Below are positions 24,341 to 36,891 of a DNA stretch of 64,000 bases, in pieces. This DNA is from Sphyrna mokarran. Its lineage: Eukaryota. Every line of letters starts with the position of its first letter. Within the stretch, counting starts at the first letter, position 1. Made by a program: the position numbers and the translations under genes. The notes below the pieces were generated by a model, which was given only the letters and a program-made list of their open reading frames with translations, was not told the DNA's origin and did not search any database. The stretch is taken from contig JAGIQG010000003.1 in the NCBI GenBank assembly GCA_024679065.1, positions 46,314,001 to 46,378,000 of the forward strand, written 5' to 3'.

Positions 24341-27300
24341 TGGATTCACCTTCAGAGAGTCACCTGTACTTCCCAATGGAATAATACACAGGCTCACAGC
24401 TGCTGCTGTCCAACCTGGCCCAATGAACTGTAAATGAGGGCCTACTTATTTTAACAGCATGGTCTCATGAGTTTTTAGAATTCCAGCTCCCCTGTTTGAG
24501 CACTCAACTATGCAGCCCCTCTCCACATCCCTCAACCCAAGCAAAATCCTGCACCAAGTTAAAATTAGCTCCAATGTACCCACACACAGACAGTCTCCAA
24601 ATTGCATTCATCTTCTATGTCAGCACTTTGGCCACAATTTGCAAAGAAAGTTCCTTTTCTTTGTGGAATCAGAAAAGAAATGTATTATTTTGCATAATGT
24701 GGTGTAAGATATTTGCAAATGAGGACACTGATATATGCAAGAGCACATTGGCTGGTCTGTTGACAATGTTCATTCATCAGAATAGATGAATGGGAGGTGG
24801 GGGTCAGTATGACGATGACATTGAGAAAGATCATATTGATCTTTCAGCATTGATTGACAGTCAAACACAAGCGTTCTGCATGTGAATCTCAAGTACTTAG
24901 TTCAGAAGGATTTTTGTCAACTGCAGCATTTTAAAATTACAGTCAGTCACTGCATTCATTTGATGAGGAAATTTAACATACACCCTGGATTTTAAATCAT
25001 GAATCCGTTATTTACTAAAAAATAGCTTCAATAAGCAAAATGTTTTTCTCCAAAATTATATTAATATTATACTCAAAGTCTGTTTTGTTCAGTTAGCTTA
25101 CTAAGTATTTAATAAGCACAAATAAATAGCTTTGCTTTACACATTAAAATTATTATTCTGTGGGGTTATTCCTTCTCTGTGCAACATTTTAGAGATTTTG
25201 AATTGTTTATCAAATATCTCTAAATGTACCAAATAGTTGGTTTTAAAGAACCAGAAATGTAGCTGCCAAACTAATGATATAGCAAGAGCAAGTGAAACTG
25301 CCTTAAAGAAACAACATGTTAACTTAAAAAAAGTATTTGGCAGTTCCCCTACATTTCAAGTAAATCTCTCCAGCGAGTACTTGAGTCACAGACTAGAAAT
25401 GTGCCAGGTTCCAGGCAGACCATGAATGCTGCAAATTATTTTCATCACTGTATCGAACACAACTTACAAAGTGATTTCACAACAGCTGCAAACATGACTT
25501 TGTCAATACAGGCAAAAAGATTTGCTCAGCATCTTCCCATAAAGACAGTTACCCTTTAAGATTGTTTGAATATTACGCTGAAGGCTGCCATTACTGCCTT
25601 TGTGTGTAAGTACCACTTTCAAAGCCTGTTGATTACTCATTCCCTAATTTGGCCATAATTGTACTACACAGTGCACCATTCTATTACTCCTCAGAAATAA
25701 TGCAGCCCAACATTTCTGACTTGCCCCAATTCATATTTGATGATTTTAAGTTGCTTCCTAACGTGTCAAGACAAGTAATATATATGTACCGCCCCCCCAA
25801 AATTGGTCTATTTTTCTTTGTGTTATAAATCTAACTCTCTCAACAAAAGAAAATTATTACTTCATCACTAAAATTTGAATACATTTTCCCTGGATTAATA
25901 AAACCCACACACGAAGCATCATACTTAAGAGACTGTATTTAAATTGAGGATTATTGCAATAGGCCAATAATTAAAGAGGTTTTAATGGAGAGTTTTTAAA
26001 TTGACTCAACATCCTGTAATCAAGCAAGTGCAATCTGTTCTGTTAACTATATCAAAATGTATTGTTACAACAGTCTTGAGATTTGGCAAAGCAGTATTTG
26101 AATTAGCTAAAGTTGTGAGATTTCGCTGGGCAGCATCTGAATTACTATCTTTGCTTTTGTTAAACCAAATGTTTTGATCAGTTTTCAGTAACATTTGATC
26201 ATTGGTACAATGATATCACTGGACTCTCTTCTACTTGCTGTCTTATTGGGAAGTCTGTCAGACATCATTGCCCCTTTCAGATGAACTTGCAGGTGGCACA
26301 GACAATACCCGTCTGTCACTTTGAGGCCTCAGATACGTCCCTTCCAATCTTTCAATGCTTTCAAGTATTAACACATTCTGTTGAAAGTGACAACTGGAAG
26401 AGGAAATGTAATTCTGTCCCATGAGGTCTCAGGCCCCAGCAGATGACCAGCGTCGGTGACTGCAATAACAATAAGCACCCACCACTGCTGATTGCCAGGC
26501 CTTTGTCACACCATGAGATCTTAATCAATCTAACGCTGACCTCCAATGACAGGAGGAAGATGGATGAGGAAGTAAGTGACCCTTGACCCCTGCTCCATAA
26601 TTGTCCCGTCAGGATTCTCTCATGCAAAAACAATAGGGGCAGTTCCTATTCAAAAGCCTCAAACACAGTCAGTGTTACTTGAATTAAATGGGGGTGAGGT
26701 GCTGGGGGAGAACCCTAGTCTCCTACTGTGACACCTTGTCAGTTCTGTCACAGCAAAGGTAGATTTTTACATTTATAAAAAAATCTATTTACTTTCTAAA
26801 ACAAAATGAACTTCAGATTGAAGATAAAAGATAAGAAAATGACCTTTAACCTTGCAGGAATGTGCGCCATCATTTCATTGCACTTAACCTAGCTGTCTTG
26901 TCTTGACCAAACAACTGGAGCTCCAGTGCAATAAAAGTGGTTACAATTTGAACAAAGTCATTAAATATTGAATTATACCCAAAGTCTAATTTCTTCCAAT
27001 AATTTCCTTACTTTCCTTTTCTTAATTTAGTAAGAAATGGAAAAACAGGCCTGAAAACGTGGAAGAATTTATCACTAGATTACCAAACACATAATTCTGA
27101 TTCATTCTTTTTGAACAATATTGTGGTTACAAAAAAGGATCAGATGATCAATTCTGTATGTGTTCTGTCTGCACCAAGTACTAAGAGTGTTCTGGAATTT
27201 GTCACTCAATGAGGCCTTTGGTTACGTTAAAGAAATTGTTTTGGTGAGTGGGGGTGGGGTCCTACCTTCTGTACTGTTCATCAGTCTAAATTATCAAAAG

Positions 27301-28808
27301 GTTCTTTTAGAACATTGCAACATAATTAGCTACACAAAACCTGGATACAAAGCTAATAAAAGGGTTCAAAACAACTTTGTTATTTGGTCACTAATCAGGA
27401 CAACCCAATGGTGATTCATTTTGTTATATATCTTGAGTTCCTGTGTACGCTCTGACTGCCCAAACCAAACCAATCACATAAAGACTATAAATATATGAAA
27501 GGTAACGTGCATTTCTTTTACCACATTGAAAATGCAGAGAAACTAATATTGTATTGAAAAAGTGAACAGAGGATCATTTAAAAGCAAAAAGTACGTAACC
27601 AAAATACTTCTAGATCAGATTGTTAAATTAATTCAACACAGTTGTAATTTCATGCTTTTCCAGATTTTTCTTAAATTATAATTTTACTTTATGGCAAATG
27701 AGTCATGCTCTGCACAAGCATTATTGTGTTATTTTTTAATTTGTTAGCAGCTCACAATCCAAAAATTCACCAATGATTTCTAAAATTAAATTATTCCCAG
27801 TGAAGACTGTTTCATGTCATTCTTATCGATTTTTGAATCACATCCTGCATTTGAATCACATCCTGTTTTTTTATTTAGCAGAAATCAAATTACTTTTGGT
27901 TGAATTGAGTGTAAAATGTTCCTTAATTTAAAGCCTCTATTAAAGCTGAATCGATACCATGTCTACTTTGTTGCTTCCAATGGAAAGTCACTTTGGTTCT
28001 ACACTTACCCTTAGATGCATTAATTACAAGGGAAATTCAACAGCAAAGGTGCAGAAATAGTTCATCAGTTCAATAACAAAATTATTAATACTTTAAATTT
28101 GGATAATTTTGAGAGACATGATGCATATTCCACCTTGACTGCAATATAACAGTGAGGGCATTGCGGAGTTTGAAAATAAATCATTTGTAAAGTGCTGCTG
28201 TTCTATCTTATTTTGGAAATTACATCAGCTTAAATTGTCAGCTTTACAAAAATATGGAGGTACTAAAACTTCACTGTGAGCTGTAACCTTGTGAATGGTG
28301 CAGTGTTGGAGCGGTCATATGGCATCACCATGACCAATTATTTACAAACAATACAGGGTTACATTCAGGAATGGGATTATCATTAATGTCACTATCAAAT
28401 GACATTATCATTTGGCATTGAAATAGGTATTCTATCTATTGTAAAATACTAAGTACATTAGGAGTGTCTATGTTAAATTATTCCTATGACAATGAATGCT
28501 TGTTTAACTTTGATTCCTTTATGAAATTATTCAACATGATTTCTAAGTCCCTACTTTTGATGGAAAGGATGAAATTCTCAAAACTATTTTTAAACAAGAC
28601 ATTTTCTTACTGTATTGCAGCCTGTCTGTTACACTGTGGAGTCAAAGAAACACCACCTGGAACTGACAGAATTGTTAATCACATTGTTCCGTCTCATAAT
28701 GTCCCACTGGACTTGCTAATTATCCCTGTTTACACCATATTGTCCCATCACTAATTAAATTAAATATGTATAAAGTCGAAATGGAATTAGTCCAAACACA
28801 CAGTATTA

Positions 28809-29525
<717 letters not shown>

Positions 29526-29581
29526 TTATTGTGAAATGCCAATTAGCTTTGATGATTAATATAAATTGTATGCTTTTGAAA

Positions 29582-29903
29582 GAATATAGAATCCCTAATT
29601 GCAGAAAGAGACTATTGGGCCTGTCAAGTTTGCATTGACTCTTCAAATGAAAGTGCCCTTCCTCCACCATAACCCTATGCATTTACCATGGCTAATCTAC
29701 CTACCTATACATCTCTGAAAACTAAGGGGCAAGTTAGCATGGCCGCTTGACCTACCTGCACATCTTTGGACTATGGGAGGAAACCCACGCAGAAACAGAG
29801 AGAACGTGCAAATTCCAAACAGACACAGTCACCCAAAGCCAGAATCAAACCCAGGTCACTAGCACTGTGCGACAACAATGCTAACCACTGTACCACCATG
29901 CTG
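29582..29903 (-). mobile_element. HE1-like V-SINE ending about 100 nt before the exon 3 acceptor
   Basis: Reverse complement of the SINE head (gctaaccactgtaccacc) and body (ggaggaaacccacgcaga...gagaacgtgcaaattcca). Confidence 0.85.
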
Positions 29904-32695
29904 TATTTGCTACAAGTGCATTTATCTACATCCCCCAAGACTTGTCTAATTCTGCTTTGTATATATGCAGTAACAAAAGTTGGAGCATTTTAACAGTTGC
30001 ATATATTTGTATTGCCCCTTTAATAAAGTAAATGCTCCAAGATGCTTCCAGAAGGACAGGCAAATGCCAAAAGACACTAACATATTAGTGAGATGACTGA
30101 TAGTCAGTGATAAGTTGTAGAAGGTTCTAGGTCAGGTGTGAAATAATAAAAGAGGGATAAGAGAGATAGTTCCCAAGGAGCAAAAAAAGGGGATAATGTG
30201 CAAGAAACCAGACTTGGAACAATTTGTTAAAATGGAAACTAGATGTAGATGTGTAAAGCTGAATATTTTATGTTAAAAAAAACTTGCTTGATATGTATTT
30301 TTAAAATGGTACCTATTAACTCAATACTACACCCGTTTGTAAACAAAATCAGTCTTCACGTATGGGGAAGTTCTTTGTACAGATGCAGTACAGAGAGATT
30401 CAGATGGTTTTTAACCAAAGCCCTTTCATCACGCATTTGTCAATGTGGCTGGTTCCGTTTAATAAGAAAAAAGTGAAGCCGGTGAGGCTGCACCTGCTAT
30501 GTGCCGAGCTCGCCACACGAGTCCTCCTGTCAGCCCCGTAATCTCCCGCTTATTACCCTGAACTTGCTGGGGAATTAAGATTCAATGACCATCGCGTCCT
30601 TCTGAGCTCCCGGGAGACTGGATTCCGGGGTTTAATTTATCAGTGCAATGTGTTAAATCTTGTTAGCGACAAAACGATAAACTCTAATTAGAAGCTGCCT
30701 TTAAATGAAGCTACACACCAGGGTCATGTCTGCTCCTGATCCACCCACCTTCATCAACTGAGTGTGTGTGTGCAAGTGGACTGACTGGAGTTCCTCGCCG
30801 CCCTTTTTAATTAATTCTAAACTCTGTCATTTATTTTCAACGGCACAGCTGTAATTTCAAACTTTTTTTTTGTTTACTGTAAATCCCGCTTTGCAATGGA
30901 CACCTTCCCCACGCTCGTTGCGTTGGCTTGTGTGAAGGTGTTATTATTTGGAAACGAGAAGCAGGAGAGGCTGCGTACCATATTGTAATAAAACATTGGC
31001 CCAGAGAAATCGAAATAAATGCCTCAAGTGCACTTTGTGCGGCAGAGAAGCAAGGGGGCTGTTTAATTTTTCACAAGGGTTTATAAATAGGACTGAAGTG
31101 CATGTTATGAAAGCAACTAACCTTTCAAGTAGATGGAAAGCGTTTCAACATTAAACACCGTTTTGTAAATTTAAAAAAGTGTCTCCCCGCTCTGACCACC
31201 ACCCGCTTTTAATTAAAATGACCCACTAGTCAAAACCAAACCTTTCTTCTCTTAAGAAATCAGTTCAAAACGACCATCATTGACAGTCTAGACTCCAGTT
31301 TCCCCTTGCCTCTACGATCAGCGACCTTATGTAGGTGCTGGGTTCCGGGAGGAGAGGGGAAGGGGAGCCTAACTGTTGCTGAGATGAACCCCCTCCCCCG
31401 TGCCCCCTGCCTCAGTGCTCAGAGAATGGGAGAAACTCTCACTGGCACAAAGCGTGTTTGCACATCTCCATTCTGCCGGCTAAATGTCAATCAACCCTCA
31501 CTCGCCCAGCTCCAGCCCCAGAAGCAGCAACGTGCAAATACACACGGTGCAAAATAGGAAATCCACAGCTCAAGTTCAGCTCGCACCAGCCATTCAAACC
31601 GTAGCCATCTCCTCTGCGTTTGCTATTTCGCAGATCTGTATCTACCGAAGCCGAATCAATAACGCAATCCCGATTTAGAGAGAGCAGGTTCAGTGTGTTT
31701 AATAACTAACTACAGCATTTTGACTGGGGAGCCTTTGTGACATTAACGATGGGAACAAATCATCAGGGAACTACCTGAATGCAGACAGCGGTTTGGGTTT
31801 TTTTTTAATTACATATTTAGACTATTCTGTTGTATGGGAAGAAAATGTGCAGTTGTTTTGTTTGGGTGCGGGGTTAGTGGAAATGACAGGCCGTGTCTTG
31901 TGAGCAGTCGTAAGCGGTGGTTGAAGCGAGTCTGGGAAGACGGGCTTGTCACGGGCAGAAAGCTCAGACTTGTGTTTTGACATTTTTCACTTATCTGGAA
32001 ATGGAGACTGTGTGCAAACTCGTGCTCATCCCCCCACCTCCTCCTCCGCCCCCAAGTTCCCATTCCAGCTCCGACACCAGGTTGACTGAGTCTGCTAAAG
32101 AAAGCTGACCTCTCTCTCTCTGATCTAACCTCAGCCCGACTAAGGGATCCACTCTGTTCCTGATGCCATTGGAATCCCTCCCCCCATTCACCGGCTCCCT
32201 CCCCAAACCTGGTTACCTTTAGCCAACTCACCGCAACCCTTGCCAAACCCTTCACTAGGTCAATACTGTCAGACTACTTTGTGTTCTGAAACCATTTCTA
32301 TGAACTAGCCACTGCAGCCTTGTTTTTTGGCACCTCTCTTGAGTTTTTATTAATCCTCACACTAAGTTTCCTTTAGTTGCTTCTCGACAGTTCAAATGGG
32401 TTTTATTTTCTGAATCATGTGATCACTCAAAGGGAGGTGGAGGGGTAAAGAAATGATCTTATCCGTTTTCTACTTAAGCAGCTCGGCTTCAACCCTGGCT
32501 GTTCGGGTTTCCAGTTCTACATGCTGGAGTTTTCCGAGGGGAGGATATGGTTTCTGCTCACAAAGACTAATTCAGTTCAACGGCAGCATTTGTGGAAACC
32601 TGACCTCGCCCTCCGCGATCTGCTCCAAATGCTCCCATTAGCCCGGGAACCGAATACTTCTCAATATATGAGACAGTGCAAGTTGTAATACTCAC

Positions 32696-32763
32696 TCCGC
32701 CTTCGGCAGGGAATGCCTCCCAGCCCAGCTCGCCTTGAACAGACCGGGAATCCAACAGAATCA
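32696..32763 (-). CDS. EPHA4: EPHA4 exon 2, (V)[22 protein letters not shown], start of the ephrin ligand-binding domain
   Basis: Acceptor ctccccacag|TG, donor GGA|GTGAGT, 68 nt. Lies inside ORF 32567..32833. Matches EphA4 [23 protein letters not shown], and its phases fit exons 1 and 3. Confidence 0.96.
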
Positions 32764-32980
32764 CTGTGGGGAGTAGAAGCAAAACCATTAAAGAGAGGAC
32801 AAGTGCAGCGCTGGATAAATGGCTCCAACCCATTCCATATGTAAAATGTCACTGCGTCTCCGCAACTCGCTAACATTGCCAATAAACTACTTCAAAAGGA
32901 ATGGAAAGGCCAACCCAGTGTGTCCCGCTGCCCTGCCCCAACTTTATCAACGCTTTAACATTCCTGGTTCCGTTTTTTTT

Positions 32981-33083
32981 ATTTGATTTATTACTGTCAC
33001 ATGTATTAGCACACAGTGAAAAGTATTGTTTCTTGCGCGCTATACAGACAAAGCAAACCGCACATAGAGGAGAGGGCGCAGAG
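32981..33083 (-). mobile_element. Short Rex1/Babar-like LINE 3' UTR in intron 1
   Basis: atttgatttattactgtcacatgtattagcacacagtgaaaagtattgtttcttgc is the reverse complement of the 46660-46740 tail. Confidence 0.75.
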
Positions 33084-34723
33084 GTTACTGGAGCCTGACA
33101 CATCTACTGACAATTGTGAGATGGGTCGACTTGAAATATTGCATTGAAGTTCGGAGTCATCACCACACTCCTTATTGAGCAGACAGTTAGTTCGATTGCA
33201 TTGTAGTGTGCAGCAACATCTGAGGGAACTGGTTACGTTTTATATGAAATGGAAACAAACTGAGACAGAGGTAGCTTTATTGGGTGCTTTCAGTGGTACG
33301 GCGGGGGGGGGGGGGGGGAAGAGCTGTACAGTGAATAGATGGAACTATTTGAAACTGCCTGTAATGCACACTGACCGAACTCTGCAGGTAATATAATGTC
33401 TAGATAGCGGTAAGCACTCGCCTCCTGCACTGGCTGGTGGGAAGGACAAGCAGGACATTTAAATAAAAATCTGCCAAGGGGCTGTGCGACTTCTGTCGCT
33501 CTGGTGGCTTTTAACAGCTCCGTGGGGTTTTTTTGGAGGGGGGGGAGAGAGGAGGGGAGGGAATATTTCCAGGGAACGGCTTCGAAAGCAGCAATGTGTT
33601 CCCAACTCTTCAAGCGGACTTTGAATGAAATCGACGCTGGCCATCAGGTCAATGTTAGGGAGCCTGAAACACACTCGTAAATCTTATTTAAGGATTTGCT
33701 GGAAAGTGCCCACAGGCTTCTCGCTGACTGGCATCTCAATCCGATTTCCAGGGGAGCGAGGGAGCTGGAAAACCACAGGCTTTAACACTGCAACCCCCCC
33801 CCCCCCCCCCCCCCATCGTTTAAAGGCGTGTTGCGAATTGCTTGCCAGATCTCTCTGGGTGAATAGAAGGTAGCTTACACTGCGGGAAGACAATGAGGAC
33901 TCAATCCGTCCCCCCCACCCCCTCACCCACCCCGCTTCAGAATGGAGGGCAGACGTGGATTGAATGTTAAAGAACCGTGGCTACAAACCCGGCTGCCACC
34001 AGCGGATAACTTGTGCCTTTTTTCTTAAAATTCTCATTGCACCGGTTCTCACAGTGAAGCTATTTTTTAAAAAGTGAAGCCGTCCTCGCCTGCATTTTAG
34101 CCGAAGCTGACGGGGGGGGGGGGGATGATCTATAATGAAAATCATCCGTCAAAACCCATCCTGATCCCTATGTGGCCAGGGCGCACTCAGAGCCAGACCA
34201 CAACTCAAAAACTGACACTTTGCTCATCCAGTTCCATTCGCAGTTGCAGAATTGGTGAAGATTCTCACTGGTATCGCTGCTTGCACTCGGCGCACTTGGG
34301 CAGAGCTCTGGACTGGATTTGCAGCTTGTCACAAACACCACATATTGTGTGGGGAGAGAGGACGGGGTGGGTGGTGGAAAGGAGTTAGGAGCATTCTGTA
34401 ACAAAATGCAACTCCACAGAATTGGCCGCAGAGACCAAAGCCACTGGCAGCAAAGTCAATTTCTCTGCATTGAGTCTGTCTGCGGGAAAGAGGGGGGGTG
34501 GGGAGGGGTGGTGAAGCGGGTCGGGGTGGGGGGAGTTCATTCTCCCAGCTCCGGATTAATTTTAATAGCTGCCCTCTTTATAGTTTAAACAACCCACCCT
34601 CTCTCTCTCCCTGCCCCAGTCACACTGGCTTTTTTTTGGAGGTTGCAGAGAAACTGAGACAAGTTCAGAGAACGGCAGCTTCTTCACAAGCACGTTCCTC
34701 TCTCTCTCTCATCGCCAACTTAC

Positions 34724-34814
34724 CTTGGTTGGGCGGATGGACCTTTGAATTATAAAAAGCTGCAGCGGTGCCGAGTATTAGCGCCCAGGCGGTTAACTGT
34801 ACAATCCCGGCCAT
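34724..34814 (-). CDS. EPHA4: EPH receptor A4 coding exon 1 (signal peptide), MAGIVQLTAWALILGTAAAFYNSKVHPPNQ+G
   Basis: Minus-strand ATG in strong Kozak context (gccATGG), hydrophobic signal-peptide-like stretch, donor CAAG|GTAAGT. 91 nt, phase 1. Resembles mammalian EPHA4 MAGIF...RVYPANE and has the same coding length. Not in the ORF track because it is short. Confidence 0.93.
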
Positions 34815-35170
34815 GGCTTATCTCCGGTTATTAGCAGCCTGCGGAGTTGAGCTTCACTTTGGATCGCTCTATCCCGGTGGAATAGTGACTGGAGTTTGGG
34901 AGCTGCAGTTTGTAGACATTGCCGAGGGGGCGGGCCCGCACCTGACGTCAGCTGTCAATCACAGGGATCCAGTCAAAATACAGCGGGCTGCAGCCTCAGT
35001 CCAGATCCCCCAGCTCTGAGCCACTGGAATCAGCCTCCCCTTCCCCCTGGAGTCAACATCAGCCCGAATGATCCCACAGGTACAGGATCAAACTGCGGGA
35101 GGTCTCCAGCTATGACTGCTTTGTTTTTCGCTTTTGGGCAAAGTGCTTTGGCTGCAGGGCAAATATTATC
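34815..35170 (-). promoter_or_regulatory. EPHA4 proximal promoter / 5' UTR
   Basis: GC- and CpG-rich. GC box GGGGCGGG 34927-34934, CRE TGACGTCA 34943-34950, E-box CAGCTG 34949-34954, PBX-PREP/MEIS decamer TGATTGACAG on the minus strand at 34952-34961. Confidence 0.7.
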
Positions 35171-35180
35171 ACCAGTTCAA

Positions 35181-36011
35181 AACACAGACCTGACTACAGA
35201 CCCACACAGTAACACAGCCCAAAACACAGACCTGGCTACAGACTCGCACAGTAACACAGCCCAAAACACAGACCTGGCTACAGAGCCACACAGTAATACA
35301 GTCCACAACACAGACCAGGCTCAGACCCACACAGTAACACAGCCCAAAACACAGACCTAGCTACAGAGCCACACAGTAACACAGTCCAAAACACAAGCCT
35401 AGCTACAGAACCACATAGTAACACAGTCCAAAACACAGACCTGGCTACAGAACCACAGAGTAACACAGCCCAAAATACAGATCTGACTACAGAACCACAT
35501 AGTAACACAGTCCAAAACACAGATCTGGCTACAAAGCCACACAGTAACACAGTCCAAAACACAGACCTGGCTACAGAACCACACAGTAACACAGCCCAAG
35601 ATACAGATCTGACTACAGAACCACATAGTAACACAGTCCAAAACACAGATCTGGCTACAGAGCCACACAGTAACACAGCCCAAAACACAGACCTGGCTAC
35701 AGAGCCACACAGTAACACAGACCTGGCTACAGATCCACACAGTCACACAGCTCAGGACACAAAGACCAGACTCCCGATCTATACATTAACACGGCCTAGG
35801 ACATACAGACCTGGCTACAGATTCACATAGTAACATGGCCCAGTACACAAACCCAGTTGTGGATCCACACAGTAACACAGTCCAGGAAACACAGATCTGG
35901 CTACAGATCCACACAGTAACACAGCCCAAACACTAACGTGGCTGCGTATTCACACAAACACAGACCGGGCTACAATATACACAGTAACACAGCCCAAAAC
36001 ACAGACTTGGC
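35181..36011. repeat. 42-bp minisatellite, consensus AACACAGACCTGGCTACAGAGCCACACAGTAACACAGCCCAA
   Basis: About 13 well-conserved head-to-tail units at 35181-35720, then degenerate units to about 36011. Produces the 14-aa periodic ORFs 35278..35718 and 35399..35746. Confidence 0.95.
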
Positions 36012-36876
36012 TGACCCCTGCACGCGCTAAACTCAGTGCAACTCTGAAGTTTCCGTCCTATCTAATTCTCGATGCAGTATTTATTTATGGAGAGGAAGGG
36101 GTCGTGACATTGTAAATGGATTGAAAACGCAGATTTTGGACAGTCATGGGCATAACTCATGTTTTAATGTTCTCCCATTTTTGAAAGTGTTGAGTCAGGT
36201 GCTGGGCCTCTCCCTGTCATTCTGTCCTCAGTGGGTGAAAATTAAACGCAAGGAATCAGCCATTGAATGTTGAAAACAAAAATCAGAAACGGTTTTGATT
36301 TCTAGCAATCGATGGAATATCTAATGATAAGAACACTGCCCTGTTCAGTCACAGGTAGTCAATGAACAAGAACGATCAACTATTTTTCACCTTGCAAAGA
36401 TGATTCACACTATTAACTGACCAGGATGAATAACTACATTCTTCCAGTTAGTTAAATGCACTGACACTTTTATTCTTCCTTATTTCCCCTTTGAAGTATT
36501 TCAGTAATCTTTCGTCATTGGAAAGCACCCATAGACCCTCATATTGCAAAAATTATACTTTATTGGCGCATCAGCAGCATGATCTGTTTGTGAACTGTCC
36601 AGGTCCAAAAATTATTTCCAAATTGGACATGCTTAAAAAAAAGCACCTCGAAAATTCAAGTTGGTGCCTGTCGGGTAACCCTTCGGAAGTTGTTGCAAAA
36701 ATGTATTAAACTCCGGCTGCATCTAAAGCCTGTTTCTCATCTCATCCTAACCTGTCCTCTCAATTTATCGTCTTGCACTACTTCCATCTATGTGACGAAT
36801 GATTGCAAGTCTCTGAACACAGACTGAGTAACTGGAACCGGAGCAGCAAGCAGCTTTGCTCGCCTTCCAACCCTCC

Positions 36877-36891
36877 AGCACCACCTAGTGG
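36877..36891 (-). promoter_or_regulatory. Candidate CTCF site
   Basis: Minus strand reads CCACTAGGTGGTGCT, close to the CTCF core CCACYAGRKGGCRC, about 2 kb upstream of the ATG in non-repeat sequence. Confidence 0.5.

Larger units (their letters stand above)
30480..35170. promoter_or_regulatory. CpG-enriched, nearly repeat-free domain over exon 1, intron 1, exon 2 and part of intron 2 (CpG-island-like)
   Basis: CpG dinucleotides are visibly frequent here and scarce in the flanks. Only one small LINE tail lies inside. Not quantified. Confidence 0.6.

Noticed and set aside
27832-27865. Direct repeat TTTGAATCACATCCTG x2 (18-bp period)
   Set aside because: Real but only two copies, an ordinary slippage duplication.
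31809-32255. 148-aa minus-strand ORF in intron 2 as an alternative exon
   Set aside because: Low-complexity GC/purine-rich sequence, no Eph similarity. Exons 2 and 3 already join in frame without it.
35181-36011. CRISPR-like array or repetitive protein (ORFs 35278..35718, 35399..35746, 34896..35360)
   Set aside because: Units are head-to-tail with no unique spacers, there are no cas genes and the context is vertebrate. The ORFs stay open only because the 42-bp unit is a multiple of 3 and lacks stops.
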